DNA of 64,000 bases from an uncultured delta proteobacterium. GTDB lineage: Bacteria > Desulfobacterota > Desulfuromonadia > Geobacterales > Pseudopelobacteraceae. Shown here in pieces: positions 8,997-20,090 of this stretch. The translations under genes and the position numbers were made by a program. Every line of letters starts with the position of its first letter. The stretch's first letter is position 1. Location: contig CAVYYZ010000002.1 of the NCBI GenBank assembly GCA_963772835.1, positions 224,001 to 288,000 on the forward strand, written 5' to 3'. The notes under the pieces were generated by a model. That model searched no databases and was not told the origin of the DNA. It worked only from the letters and a program-made list of their open reading frames with translations.

Positions 8997-9070
8997 GAGT
9001 TCAGAATATAGCGCACAACGGCCCGATTACAAGAGAAATGGTTGTATCCCGCTTCTGGAAACGGTTTCAT
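8993..9070 (-). CDS. Possible 25-aa upstream ORF coupled to the kinase
   Basis: GGAGG-N5-ATG; MKPFPEAGYNHFSCNRAVVRYILNS; its TGA overlaps the kinase ATG (ATGA). Confidence 0.35.
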   Translation of the reverse strand: MKPFPEAGYNHFSCNRAVVRYILNS

Positions 9071-9109
9071 GAGTACCTCCTATATGCACACCACAGTAGA
9101 AACAACCGC

Positions 9110-9138
9110 TTGATTTTTTTAAGATCGCTTGCTATATT
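9110..9138 (+). promoter_or_regulatory. sigma70-like promoter of rpoH
   Basis: TTGATT-N17-TATATT directly before the CIRCE. Confidence 0.55.
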
Positions 9139-9165
9139 TTAGCAGTCACTCGCAGAGAGTGCTAA
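9139..9165 (+). promoter_or_regulatory. CIRCE element (HrcA operator)
   Basis: TTAGCAGTC-N9-GAGTGCTAA, one mismatch to TTAGCACTC-N9-GAGTGCTAA. Confidence 0.9.
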
Positions 9166-9192
9166 AATATCCTTTCAAAGAGGAGAAGCATC

Positions 9193-10038
9193 ATGGTAAC
9201 TCAATTGCCTGTTGTAGCTGACAGTCTGCGACTCTATATGAACGAAATCAGAAAGTTCCCCCTGTTGAGCGAGGAAGAGGAGCATCTCTACGCAGTTTCG
9301 TTTTTTGAAGACAAACAACTGACAGCAGCTCATAATTTGATCACATCCAATCTGAGGTTCGTAGTGAAGGTCGCATACGAATTTCGACATTACGGTCTGA
9401 AAATGCTCGACCTTATCCAGGAAGGCAATATAGGCCTGATGATGGCGGTTAGAAAGTTTAATCCATATAAAGGTGTCCGCCTTATCTCATATGCAGTCTG
9501 GTGGATTAAGGCCTACATCCAGAATCATATCATATCTTCCTGGAGTCTTCTCAAGATAGGAACAACCCAGGCTCAACGAAAACTTTTCTTCAAACTTCGC
9601 CAGGCCAAGAGTGCACTCGTCGGAATGGATGGTGACGGCAGCGATGTTATGAGCCCCGCACAGTCATTGCACGTTTCAGAGCAGGAGTTTTCTGAAATGG
9701 AGCAGCGCATGCAGGGTGACTGTTCTCTCAATGCAGAAATTCCCGGCAGCGACGGAGCAACGGCACTTGAGTCCCTCGCTGATGACCGGCGTAACCAGGA
9801 AGAACTCCTCGTGGATTTTCAGGAAAATCAGAACCTGCAGCAAAAAGTTGCCGAAGTTGTCAGTCGACTGAACGAAAAAGAGCGCTACATCATCGAGAAC
9901 CGGATTACTGCTGATGACCCTATGACCTTGCAGGAGATTGCCAGCCATTTTTCAATATCACGGGAGCGGGTCCGACAGATTGAAGAAGGGGCATTAAGAA
10001 AAACGAAGACCGCTCTCCTGCCTCTTTTGGCGGCGTGA
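9193..10038 (+). CDS. rpoH: RNA polymerase sigma-32 factor
   Basis: DLIQEGNIGLM, RpoH box KIGTTQAQRKLFFKLR, ISRERVRQIE. Confidence 0.93.
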   Translation: MVTQLPVVADSLRLYMNEIRKFPLLSEEEEHLYAVSFFEDKQLTAAHNLITSNLRFVVKVAYEFRHYGLKMLDLIQEGNIGLMMAVRKFNPYKGVRLISYAVWWIKAYIQNHIISSWSLLKIGTTQAQRKLFFKLRQAKSALVGMDGDGSDVMSPAQSLHVSEQEFSEMEQRMQGDCSLNAEIPGSDGATALESLADDRRNQEELLVDFQENQNLQQKVAEVVSRLNEKERYIIENRITADDPMTLQEIASHFSISRERVRQIEEGALRKTKTALLPLLAA

Positions 10039-10183
10039 TTTCTATATTTACTATGAATTGATCTGCTACAAAGATGTGTTCAGCAGATGGGCGCATCTTT
10101 TTATTGCAATTAATGCTTGACTTCCGCAGTTTTTTTCTTTAAATACACAAGTTCCGTTTTCTTTCTATCCAGAAAAGGCTTTA

Positions 10184-10260
10184 GCCCCGTTAGCTCATAC
10201 TGGTAGAGCAGCTGACTTGTAATCAGCAGGTGATCCGTTCGATTCGGATACGGGGCTCCA
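10184..10260 (+). tRNA. tRNA-Thr(TGT)
   Basis: Cloverleaf, GCTGA-CTTGTAA-TCAGC, CCA end. Confidence 0.95.
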
Positions 10261-10299
10261 CTTTATAATGCAGTGCGTAACACAGCTTCGATCATCCCT

Positions 10300-10384
10300 G
10301 GAGGGATTCCCGAGCGGCCAAAGGGAACAGACTGTAAATCTGTCGTCATCGACTTCGGAGGTTCGAATCCTCCTCCCTCCACCA
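10300..10384 (+). tRNA. tRNA-Tyr(GTA)
   Basis: ACAGA-CTGTAAA-TCTGT, long variable arm, CCA. Confidence 0.95.
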
Positions 10385-10489
10385 TACAAATCATCGGAAA
10401 ACGGTGGTTCGTCGCGATCCCAGGAGACTCACGTCGCTTACACTGGTAAGTCATGACCGCACGTTTTACACAATTCTTCGTCTGGTAGC

Positions 10490-10566
10490 GCGGGAATAGC
10501 TCAGTTGGCTAGAGCGTCAGCCTTCCAAGCTGAGGGTCGCGGGTTCGAGTCCCGTTTCCCGCTCCA
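10490..10566 (+). tRNA. tRNA-Gly(TCC)
   Basis: TCAGC-CTTCCAA-GCTGA, CCA. Confidence 0.95.
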
Positions 10567-10577
10567 GTATTACATGT

Positions 10578-10653
<76 letters not shown>

Positions 10654-10715
10654 CAAAATTGTTAGCACAACCAAACAGGCAGCATATTAAAACAGATATC
10701 AGGAGGGCCTTTCTC

Positions 10716-11906
<1,191 letters not shown>

Positions 11907-11983
11907 AACTTTAATTTAAATGAACGGATGTGGGCATGACCGTTTTCCGTGTCTGCTGATTTTCTACAAAAGGAAGCATATTT

Positions 11984-12133
11984 ATGAGAGACATCATCAC
12001 CCTTGGTTGCACAGAGTGCAAACAGAGAAACTACACAACAACTAAAAACAAAAGAACGACTCCTGGAAAGCTTGAGTTCAGCAAATTTTGTCGATTCTGT
12101 CGCAAGCACACGCCTCACAAGGAAACCAAGTAA
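11984..12133 (+). CDS. rpmG: 50S ribosomal protein L33 (zinc-binding form)
   Basis: Hand translation [49 protein letters not shown]; too short for the ORF track. Confidence 0.96.
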   Translation: MRDIITLGCTECKQRNYTTTKNKRTTPGKLEFSKFCRFCRKHTPHKETK

Positions 12134-12159
12134 CAGTAAACGGGATGTTGTAGGGATAC

Positions 12160-12236
12160 AGGCCAGTAGCTCTAACTGGTAGAGCGCCGGTCTCCAAAAC
12201 CGGATGTTGGGGGTTCGAATCCCTCCTGGCCTGCCA
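12160..12236 (+). tRNA. tRNA-Trp(CCA)
   Basis: CCGGT-CTCCAAA-ACCGG, CCA; usual position before secE. Confidence 0.95.
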
Positions 12237-12313
12237 CAATTCAATCATTTTCATTTTCGGAAATGAATAAAGAACAATCAGCGGTTCATAGATAAACTGC
12301 CAGGAGTTATAGT

Positions 12314-12496
12314 GTGCAAAAAATCACCGCTTTTTTTGAGTCCGTAAAGCTTGAACTTGAAAAGGTAACATGGCCAACGCGTAAAGAAACAATAGCAACG
12401 ACGGGTGTTGTTATTGTTATTGTTGTGCTGATTTCATTCTATCTTGGTGCATGTGATCTTATTTTGGCCAAGCTGTTGCGTCTGATACTAGGATAA
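12314..12496 (+). CDS. secE: Preprotein translocase subunit SecE
   Basis: ELEKVTWPTRKE followed by one TM. Confidence 0.95.
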   Translation: MQKITAFFESVKLELEKVTWPTRKETIATTGVVIVIVVLISFYLGACDLILAKLLRLILG

Positions 12497-12507
12497 AGGG
12501 TCCAGCT

Positions 12508-13035
12508 ATGTCCATGAAATGGTATGGAGTACATACATATTCAAGCTTTGAGAATAAGGTTCGCCTGAATCTGCTTGAAAGCATCAAGAACGAAGCAATG
12601 GAGAGTTTCTTTGAAGAAATTCTTATTCCTTGCGAAACTGTTGTCGAACTTAAAAAAGGCGAGAAAAAAACCTCATCACGAAAATTTTTCCCGGGTTACA
12701 TCCTGGTCAAAATGGAACTGACTGACGAAACATGGCACCTTGTAAAGGAAACCGCCAAGGTCACCGGCTTTGTTGGCGGAAATACCCCCTTTCCGATTTC
12801 AGATGAGGAAGTCAATAAAATTACCCGCCGCATGGAAGAGGGGGCCGAGAAGCCCCGTCCCAAGGTGTTGTTTGAAGTTGGTGAAACAGTGCGCGTTGTC
12901 GACGGCCCTTTTTTAAATTTCTCGGGGGTTGTTGAAGATGTTAAACCGGACAAGGGCAAGCTTCGCGTGACTGTTACAATTTTCGGTCGCGCAACCCCTG
13001 TAGAGCTCGAGTTCATGCAGGTAGAAAAGAATTAA
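12508..13035 (+). CDS. nusG: Transcription factor NusG
   Basis: [20 protein letters not shown] domain, [10 protein letters not shown]. Confidence 0.97.
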   Translation: MSMKWYGVHTYSSFENKVRLNLLESIKNEAMESFFEEILIPCETVVELKKGEKKTSSRKFFPGYILVKMELTDETWHLVKETAKVTGFVGGNTPFPISDEEVNKITRRMEEGAEKPRPKVLFEVGETVRVVDGPFLNFSGVVEDVKPDKGKLRVTVTIFGRATPVELEFMQVEKN

Positions 13036-13098
13036 TTACTCAATCAGTCATCTCATGTGAGTATGACAGGCATACGCTGTATATAAAGGAGTACATTT

Positions 13099-13521
13099 AT
13101 GGCAAAGAAGATAACCGGCTACATTAAATTACAGGTACCTGCAGGCAAGGCAAACCCTTCGCCTCCAATCGGTCCTGCCCTCGGTCAGCACGGCGTCAAC
13201 ATCATGGAATTCTGCAAAGCGTTCAATGCAAAAACACAGGCCGATGAGGGTACGATTACTCCGGTTGTAATAACTGTTTATGCGGACAGATCCTTCACGT
13301 TCATAACCAAGACACCGCCCGCACCGGTCTTGATTAAGAAGGCTCTTGATCTTAAGAGTGGATCTCCGGTTCCAAATAAGACCAAAGTCGGCAAACTTAC
13401 CAGAGCACAGATTGAAGAGATTGCAAAAAAGAAAATGCCTGATCTCAATGCTGCTTCGCTTGAAGCTGCCATGAGAACAATTGAGGGTACTGCCCGTTCA
13501 ATGGGCGTTGATATCGCCTAA
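13099..13521 (+). CDS. rplK: 50S ribosomal protein L11
   Basis: [23 protein letters not shown]. Confidence 0.98.
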   Translation: MAKKITGYIKLQVPAGKANPSPPIGPALGQHGVNIMEFCKAFNAKTQADEGTITPVVITVYADRSFTFITKTPPAPVLIKKALDLKSGSPVPNKTKVGKLTRAQIEEIAKKKMPDLNAASLEAAMRTIEGTARSMGVDIA

Positions 13522-13565
13522 TCGGCACACCAGCTATTAATCAAGATTCCTAGAGAGGTTGTACC

Positions 13566-14267
13566 ATGCCAAAAAGCGCTAAGAAGCATTCTGAAGCAAT
13601 GTCAAAAATTGACAGAAACAAGGTTTATCAACTTGCGACTGCCGTTGATGTTGTGAAACAGACCGCGTATGCAAAATTTGATGAGACTGTCGATGTCGCT
13701 GTTAAACTTGGAGTTGATCCACGACACGCCGACCAGATGGTTCGCGGAGCGGTTGTTCTCCCTAACGGACTCGGCAAAGATGTTCGTGTTCTGGTTTTTG
13801 CTAAAGGCGAAAAAGAGAAAGAAGCACTTGATGCCGGTGCCGATTTTGTTGGATCAGATGATCTTGTTGCCAAAATACAGGCCGGTTGGTTTGATTTTGA
13901 TACCGCCATCGCAACACCTGACATGATGGGCGTTGTCGGCAAAATAGGTAAACTGCTCGGACCTCGCGGGCTCATGCCGAACCCGAAGGTTGGCACCGTT
14001 ACCTTTGAAGTTGGCAAGGCGGTTAAGGAATCAAAAGCGGGGAAAGTTGAATTCCGTGTTGAAAAAGCCGGAATTATCCATGCTCCGGTAGGCAAAGTTT
14101 CTTTTGATGCTGAAATGCTCAAAGGGAATTTACTTGCACTTGTAGAGGCACTTCTTAAAGCAAAGCCTTCTGCTGCAAAAGGCACCTATATCAAGAAGAT
14201 TTCACTCTCCTCTACGATGGGGGCAGGAATTAATCTTGATATCAGTGACGTAACCGCGCAGATATAA
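13566..14267 (+). CDS. rplA: 50S ribosomal protein L1
   Basis: [23 protein letters not shown]. Confidence 0.98.
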   Translation: MPKSAKKHSEAMSKIDRNKVYQLATAVDVVKQTAYAKFDETVDVAVKLGVDPRHADQMVRGAVVLPNGLGKDVRVLVFAKGEKEKEALDAGADFVGSDDLVAKIQAGWFDFDTAIATPDMMGVVGKIGKLLGPRGLMPNPKVGTVTFEVGKAVKESKAGKVEFRVEKAGIIHAPVGKVSFDAEMLKGNLLALVEALLKAKPSAAKGTYIKKISLSSTMGAGINLDISDVTAQI

Positions 14268-14282
14268 GTCATACAGTTTCAG

Positions 14283-14350
14283 CCAAAGTCAAAGACAGCA
14301 GGCGTGTGAAGGTGCGCTTAATCCGAATAATGGACCTGCCGAGACTTGGG
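14283..14350 (+). promoter_or_regulatory. L10 leader (autoregulatory RNA)
   Basis: AAGACAGCAGG...TTAAT...CCTGCCGAG between rplA and rplJ. Confidence 0.75.
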
Positions 14351-14422
14351 TATCGCAATTCATTGCGTTCCTGACTTTGGCCGGGGTTCTGCCCCACATA
14401 CCAAAAGAAAGGAGGAAGTCGC

Positions 14423-14947
14423 TTGAACAAGAACACCAAACAGGAACTCGTTATCGAGATGCATGAGCGACTGACACGCGCCAAGGCGGTTTTTCTCGCA
14501 GATTTTCGCGGGATGAACGTTGGGCAGGCCACCACGCTCCGAAATGAGCTGCGTGCTGCGTCAGTCGAGTACAAAGTATTTAAAAATACTTTGTTTGATC
14601 TGGCTGCAAAAGGCACTGATATCGAGTGCATCAGCTCGTTTTTAACCGGTCCGACCGCCGTGGCTATTAGCTATGATGATCCGGCAAATGCAGCAAAAGT
14701 ACTGAATAAGTTTGCAAAAGACCCGCTCGGCAAATTTGTACTTAAAGCCGGTGTACTCAGTGGCAAACTGCTTGACACCAAGCAGATCCAGGCATTGGCA
14801 GACCTGCCCTCGCGTGAGGTTCTCATCGCCAAGATGCTTGGATCCATGCAGGCACCTGCAACTAACTTTGTCGGCGTGCTTGCTGCGCTGCCCGGTTCGC
14901 TCGTACGCGTACTGGATGCTATCCGTGTACAGAAATCAGCACACTAA
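14423..14947 (+). CDS. rplJ: 50S ribosomal protein L10
   Basis: [23 protein letters not shown] start with GGAGG. Confidence 0.96.
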   Translation: MNKNTKQELVIEMHERLTRAKAVFLADFRGMNVGQATTLRNELRAASVEYKVFKNTLFDLAAKGTDIECISSFLTGPTAVAISYDDPANAAKVLNKFAKDPLGKFVLKAGVLSGKLLDTKQIQALADLPSREVLIAKMLGSMQAPATNFVGVLAALPGSLVRVLDAIRVQKSAH

Positions 14948-14997
14948 CCTAGTAGCACAAACTATATTACTAAAATCATATTCGGAGGATTCACCAA

Positions 14998-15375
14998 ATG
15001 GCAATTACTAAAGAAGATGTAATCGGTTTTATCGAAAAAATGACTGTTCTTGACCTTGCTGAACTCGTTAAGGAACTTGAAGAAAAGTTCGGCGTTTCTG
15101 CAGCAGCTCCAGTTGCAGCTGCTTCTGCCGCTGGCCCTGCTGTCGCTGAAGCCGTTGAAGAACAGACTGAGTTTGATGTTATCCTGAAAGCTTGCGGAGC
15201 TAACAAAATCAATGTCATTAAAGTTGTTCGTGCCCTGACAAGCCTCGGATTGAAAGAAGCCAAGGATGTTGTCGACGGCGCACCAAGCACAGTAAAAACC
15301 GGCGTTTCCAAGCAGGAAGCTGATGATGCACTGAAGCAGCTTGTGGAAGCCGGCGCTGAAGCGTCTATCAAATAG
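14998..15375 (+). CDS. rplL: 50S ribosomal protein L7/L12
   Basis: [29 protein letters not shown]. Confidence 0.98.
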   Translation: MAITKEDVIGFIEKMTVLDLAELVKELEEKFGVSAAAPVAAASAAGPAVAEAVEEQTEFDVILKACGANKINVIKVVRALTSLGLKEAKDVVDGAPSTVKTGVSKQEADDALKQLVEAGAEASIK

Positions 15376-15400
15376 CACCCAAAATTGTTGTCTTTATGAG

Positions 15401-15430
15401 AGCCAAGGTCGCCCGGAGCGGCCTTGGCTT
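15401..15430 (+). terminator. rplL-rpoB intergenic hairpin (attenuator-like)
   Basis: AGCCAAGGTCGC-ccgga-GCGGCCTTGGCT. Confidence 0.55.
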
Positions 15431-15530
15431 GTGCTGTTTCGGCATGTTTTAATTGCCAGACACTTCTGATATTCCAGCAAGTTATACTATACACCTGGAT
15501 CCAGTTACGATACCCGCCAAAGGAGAAGCC

Positions 15531-18500
15531 ATGGCTTATTCTATTGCCAATAATCACCTCTTGCGTAAAAACTTTGCCAAGATAAAGAACATAATCGAAA
15601 TCCCAAATCTGATTGACATTCAGAAAGATTCATATCGTCGTTTTCTGCAACAGGAAATGTCCGCTGAATCTCGCGTGAATACCGGCCTTGAAGCTGTATT
15701 CAGGAGTGTCTTCCCGATTAAGGATTTCAGCGAAAGTGCTTCTCTCGAATACGTATCGTACTCACTTAACAAACCCAAGTATGATGTTGATGAATGTCAC
15801 CAGCGTGGCATGACGTATGCTGCACCGATGAAGGTTAAAGTACGTCTTGTTATCTGGGATGCCGGTAAAGACTCAACAGTCAAGGCTATCAAGGATATTA
15901 AGGAGCAGGAGGTCTACTTTGGCGAAATTCCATTGATGACCGATAACGGCACTTTTATCATCAACGGAACCGAACGGGTAATTGTAAGCCAGTTGCACCG
16001 TTCTCCAGGTGTCTTTTTCGACCACGACAAAGGCAAAACCCATTCAAGCGGAAAGGTACTGTATTCCGCACGCGTAATTCCCTACCGGGGTTCATGGCTT
16101 GATTTTGAATTTGATCACAAAGACATACTTTTCGTTCGCATTGACCGCCGGAGAAAAATGCCGGCAACTGTTCTGCTCAAAGCTTTGGGATATTCAGTTG
16201 AACAGCTTCTTAACTATTATTACAAAAGTGAAGAGATTTTTATCGGTTCCGATTCTATTGCAAAAAGTATAGAACCTGAACTCCTGACACTTCAAAAGAC
16301 TATTGTTGATGTAACTGACCCCGTCAACGGCGAAGTTCTTGTCAAAGCTAACCGTAAGTATACAAAATCTTCGATCAAGAAAATGCAAGAACGAGGGATT
16401 AAGACAGTTCCGTCAACTGTTGAGGATATTCTTGGTCGTTATTCATCATCTGACATAATTGACCCGACTACCGGCGAAATTATAGTTGAATGTAATGACG
16501 AAATTACTCTTGATCGCTTTAACGATATCAAGGCCCGCGGTGTAACCAGCTTCAAAGCTTTGTATATCGATAATCTTCACATCACGTCATCTTTCCGCGA
16601 CACGTTGCTGATTGATAAGATCAGCTCCAGTGACGAGGGCCTGATTGAAATATACAGGCGCCTCCGACCGGGAGACCCTCCTACACTTAAAAGCTCATTG
16701 GCACTCTTTGACAACTTGTTTTTCAATCCTGAGCGTTATGATCTTTCAGCGGTCGGTCGACTTAAGCTGAACTATAAGCTTGGACTTAAAGTGTGGCAGG
16801 ACTGCATGGTATTAAACGCACCATGCATGCTGAGCATTGAAGATGTCTCCAGCTTTGAATCATTAATAACCCGGCTTACTGACTCAAATAATCCATTTTC
16901 ACAGTATCTGATGATGAAACTGCCGTCAGAACTTTCCAAGGCCCTCAAAAAAGTTGAGGCGGGTCCATCTATTCCAGACAAGCTCAGAGACCAGTTATTG
17001 AGCGAACTTAATAATATTATTCGTGACAATGATTTTTTCCAGAAGGAACTGTTCTCGACGTTCGGTCTTTCAAAAGCAACACTAAAGCTTTCAGAGGTAA
17101 TAGAGCACGGTGGTTTTGACGAGAATCGCAGACAGATTGAAACGCTGCGTCGCAACAGAATGGTTTTTGAGGACCTGTTTAATACTGAAATCAAGATAGC
17201 CGTAAAAAATGACATCCTTGAGATTGTTCGCTATCTGATCGAGCTTAAAAATGGCCGTGGCGCCATCGATGATATCGATCATCTGGGTAATCGCCGTGTA
17301 CGTGCCGTTGGAGAGCTCCTGGAGAATCAGTACCGCATTGGCCTTGTCCGCATGGAGCGGGCCATCAAGGAGCGGATGAGTCTGCAGGAGGTAGAAAACC
17401 TCATGCCGCATGACCTGATTAATTCCAAGCCGGTTTCTGCTGTAGTAAAGGAATTTTTTGGTTCATCACAATTGTCCCAGTTTATGGATCAGACCAACCC
17501 GCTTTCAGAGGTAACTCATAAGCGTCGTCTTTCAGCACTGGGACCTGGCGGTCTGACCCGGGAACGTGCCGGCTTCGAGGTTCGAGACGTACATCCAACT
17601 CACTATGGTCGTGTCTGCCCGATTGAAACTCCCGAGGGTCCGAACATCGGCCTGATCGCATCTCTGTCGACGTACGCACGGATTAACAATCATGGCTTTG
17701 TGGAAACACCATACCGCATCGTCCAGGAAGGCAAAGTAACCAATGAAGTCCGCTTCTTCTCCGCACTTGAGGAAGAAGGGCATGCAATTGCTCAGGCAAA
17801 TGCAGAAGTCGATGCTGATGGACGTTTCATTAACGATTATAACTCTGCCCGCAAAAGCGGTGAATTCATCCTTGTTCATCGTGATGAAATCGCCCTAATG
17901 GACGTCGCCCCGATCCAGTTGGTATCAGTTGCAGCTGCTCTGATTCCATTCCTGGAAAACGATGACGCCAACCGTGCCCTGATGGGATCAAACATGCAGC
18001 GCCAGGCAGTCCCTCTGCTGCGTGCCGATTCACCACTGGTCGGAACCGGCATGGAACGTATCGTTGCACGCGATTCCGGTGTTTCGATCATTGCCCGTCA
18101 CAATGGCGAGGTAGAATCAGTCGATGCCGCTCGAATAGTTGTAAAGATCGATGAAAATGAAATCGATGAGAACGGTACCGGCGTTGATATCTATAATCTG
18201 ATCAAATTCGCCCGTTCCAACCAAAACACCTGCATCAACAACAAGCCGGTAGTCAAGGTGGGAGACAAGGTTAAACGCGGTGCAGTCATTGCCGATGGTC
18301 CATCAACCGATATGGGTGAACTTGCTCTTGGACAGAACATTGTCGTCGCCTTTATGCCGTGGGGTGGTTACAACTACGAGGATTCGATCCTCATCTCTGA
18401 AAAACTTATCAAGGATGACCGCTACACTTCAATCCACATTGAGGAATTCGAGTGTGTTGCACGCGATACTAAACTTGGCAAAGAAGAAATCACTTCTGAT

Positions 18501-20027
18501 ATTCCGAACCTTGGAGAAGAAACACTCAAAGATCTTGATGAATCAGGCATCATTCGCATTGGTGCTGAGGTAAAACCGGGAGATATTCTGGTTGGCAAGA
18601 TTACTCCGAAAGGCGAGACGCAACTCTCCCCGGAGGAAAAACTCCTGCGCGCCATATTTGGAGAAAAAGCCGGCGATGTACGAGATACTTCGCTCACGGT
18701 CCCTCCTGGCGTTGAAGGTACGGTAATAGGTGCAAAGATTTTCTCTCGCAAGGGAAATGACAAGGACTCCCGCACAGAAATTATCGAGAAAGCTGAAGAA
18801 GATAAACTGCGCAAAGATGAACAGGATGAGATACGGATCATTCGTGACTCTGCTATCGGCAAGTTGAAGCGGTTATTGATCGGTAAAACTCTGGCGGTCA
18901 AGCTTGACGACAGCAAAGGCAATCTTGTCCTTGCCAAAGGCAAGCAGATTACAGAAGAAGCATTACAGAAACTTGCAAATTCGTCCTGGAGTACTATTTC
19001 TGTAAGTGATGACAGTGAAACTGATGATAAGGTTCATCAGATTCTTGAAACCCTGAACCGTCAGATTGATCTCATTCACAACGTTTTTGAGGATAAAATC
19101 CAGAAATTAAAACGTGGTGATGATCTGCCACCGGGCGTAATCAAAATGGTTAAAATCTACATTTCGATTAAGCGTAAGCTGCAGGTCGGTGACAAGATGG
19201 CTGGTCGTCACGGAAATAAAGGCGTTGTCTCCCGAATTCTGCCTGAAGAAGATATGCCGTATATGGAAGACGGACGACCGGTTGAAATTGTTCTCAATCC
19301 GCTTGGGGTACCATCACGTATGAACGTCGGCCAGATTCTGGAAACGCATTTGGGATGGGCGGCAAAGGGTATCGGATGGAAAATTGAGGATATGCTTGAA
19401 AAGCATGATGATAATTTACGGTCATATTTGAAAGATGTGTACGGTGATGAGGAAGTAGGGGCGTTTATTGACGGCCTTGACAACACAGAACTGCTCAAGG
19501 TTGCACGTCGACTGCAACGCGGCGTGGCAATGGCTTCCCCGGTTTTCGAAGGCGCAAGTGAAACACAGATCAAAGCAATGCTCGGAAAGGCAAATTTACA
19601 CTCATCCGGGCAGGTGACCCTGTTTGATGGCCGCACAGGTGAACCTTTTGACAACAAGGTTACCGTCGGAGTTATGTACGTATTGAAACTCCACCATCTT
19701 GTTGATGACAAGATCCATGCGCGTTCCATAGGACCATACAGTCTTGTTACTCAGCAACCGCTTGGCGGTAAGGCGCAATTCGGGGGGCAACGGCTCGGAG
19801 AGATGGAAGTATGGGCCATGGAAGCATATGGTGCGGCTCATGCTCTTCAGGAATTCCTGACCGTTAAGTCGGATGATGTTTCCGGGCGCACGCGCATGTA
19901 TGAAGCGATCGTCAAAGGGAAACATACTCTGGAACCTGGACTGCCCGAGTCATTCAATGTTCTCATCAAGGAACTTCAATCCCTCTGCCTTGATGTTGAT
20001 CTGCTCGAAAGCGAAGAAGAACAATAA
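15531..20027 (+). CDS. rpoB: RNA polymerase beta subunit with internal insertion of about 130 aa
   Basis: Start MAYSIAN with [35 protein letters not shown]. Confidence 0.98.
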   Translation: MAYSIANNHLLRKNFAKIKNIIEIPNLIDIQKDSYRRFLQQEMSAESRVNTGLEAVFRSVFPIKDFSESASLEYVSYSLNKPKYDVDECHQRGMTYAAPMKVKVRLVIWDAGKDSTVKAIKDIKEQEVYFGEIPLMTDNGTFIINGTERVIVSQLHRSPGVFFDHDKGKTHSSGKVLYSARVIPYRGSWLDFEFDHKDILFVRIDRRRKMPATVLLKALGYSVEQLLNYYYKSEEIFIGSDSIAKSIEPELLTLQKTIVDVTDPVNGEVLVKANRKYTKSSIKKMQERGIKTVPSTVEDILGRYSSSDIIDPTTGEIIVECNDEITLDRFNDIKARGVTSFKALYIDNLHITSSFRDTLLIDKISSSDEGLIEIYRRLRPGDPPTLKSSLALFDNLFFNPERYDLSAVGRLKLNYKLGLKVWQDCMVLNAPCMLSIEDVSSFESLITRLTDSNNPFSQYLMMKLPSELSKALKKVEAGPSIPDKLRDQLLSELNNIIRDNDFFQKELFSTFGLSKATLKLSEVIEHGGFDENRRQIETLRRNRMVFEDLFNTEIKIAVKNDILEIVRYLIELKNGRGAIDDIDHLGNRRVRAVGELLENQYRIGLVRMERAIKERMSLQEVENLMPHDLINSKPVSAVVKEFFGSSQLSQFMDQTNPLSEVTHKRRLSALGPGGLTRERAGFEVRDVHPTHYGRVCPIETPEGPNIGLIASLSTYARINNHGFVETPYRIVQEGKVTNEVRFFSALEEEGHAIAQANAEVDADGRFINDYNSARKSGEFILVHRDEIALMDVAPIQLVSVAAALIPFLENDDANRALMGSNMQRQAVPLLRADSPLVGTGMERIVARDSGVSIIARHNGEVESVDAARIVVKIDENEIDENGTGVDIYNLIKFARSNQNTCINNKPVVKVGDKVKRGAVIADGPSTDMGELALGQNIVVAFMPWGGYNYEDSILISEKLIKDDRYTSIHIEEFECVARDTKLGKEEITSDIPNLGEETLKDLDESGIIRIGAEVKPGDILVGKITPKGETQLSPEEKLLRAIFGEKAGDVRDTSLTVPPGVEGTVIGAKIFSRKGNDKDSRTEIIEKAEEDKLRKDEQDEIRIIRDSAIGKLKRLLIGKTLAVKLDDSKGNLVLAKGKQITEEALQKLANSSWSTISVSDDSETDDKVHQILETLNRQIDLIHNVFEDKIQKLKRGDDLPPGVIKMVKIYISIKRKLQVGDKMAGRHGNKGVVSRILPEEDMPYMEDGRPVEIVLNPLGVPSRMNVGQILETHLGWAAKGIGWKIEDMLEKHDDNLRSYLKDVYGDEEVGAFIDGLDNTELLKVARRLQRGVAMASPVFEGASETQIKAMLGKANLHSSGQVTLFDGRTGEPFDNKVTVGVMYVLKLHHLVDDKIHARSIGPYSLVTQQPLGGKAQFGGQRLGEMEVWAMEAYGAAHALQEFLTVKSDDVSGRTRMYEAIVKGKHTLEPGLPESFNVLIKELQSLCLDVDLLESEEEQ

Positions 20028-20090
20028 AGATTTCCTGGCCGGAGTCTGTATCATCAGGCACTCGGCTTCAGACTAACGGAGGAGAGCATC

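Noticed and set aside
16800..17210. Intein in RpoB
   Set aside because: No His-Asn followed by Cys/Ser/Thr junction and no splicing or endonuclease motifs
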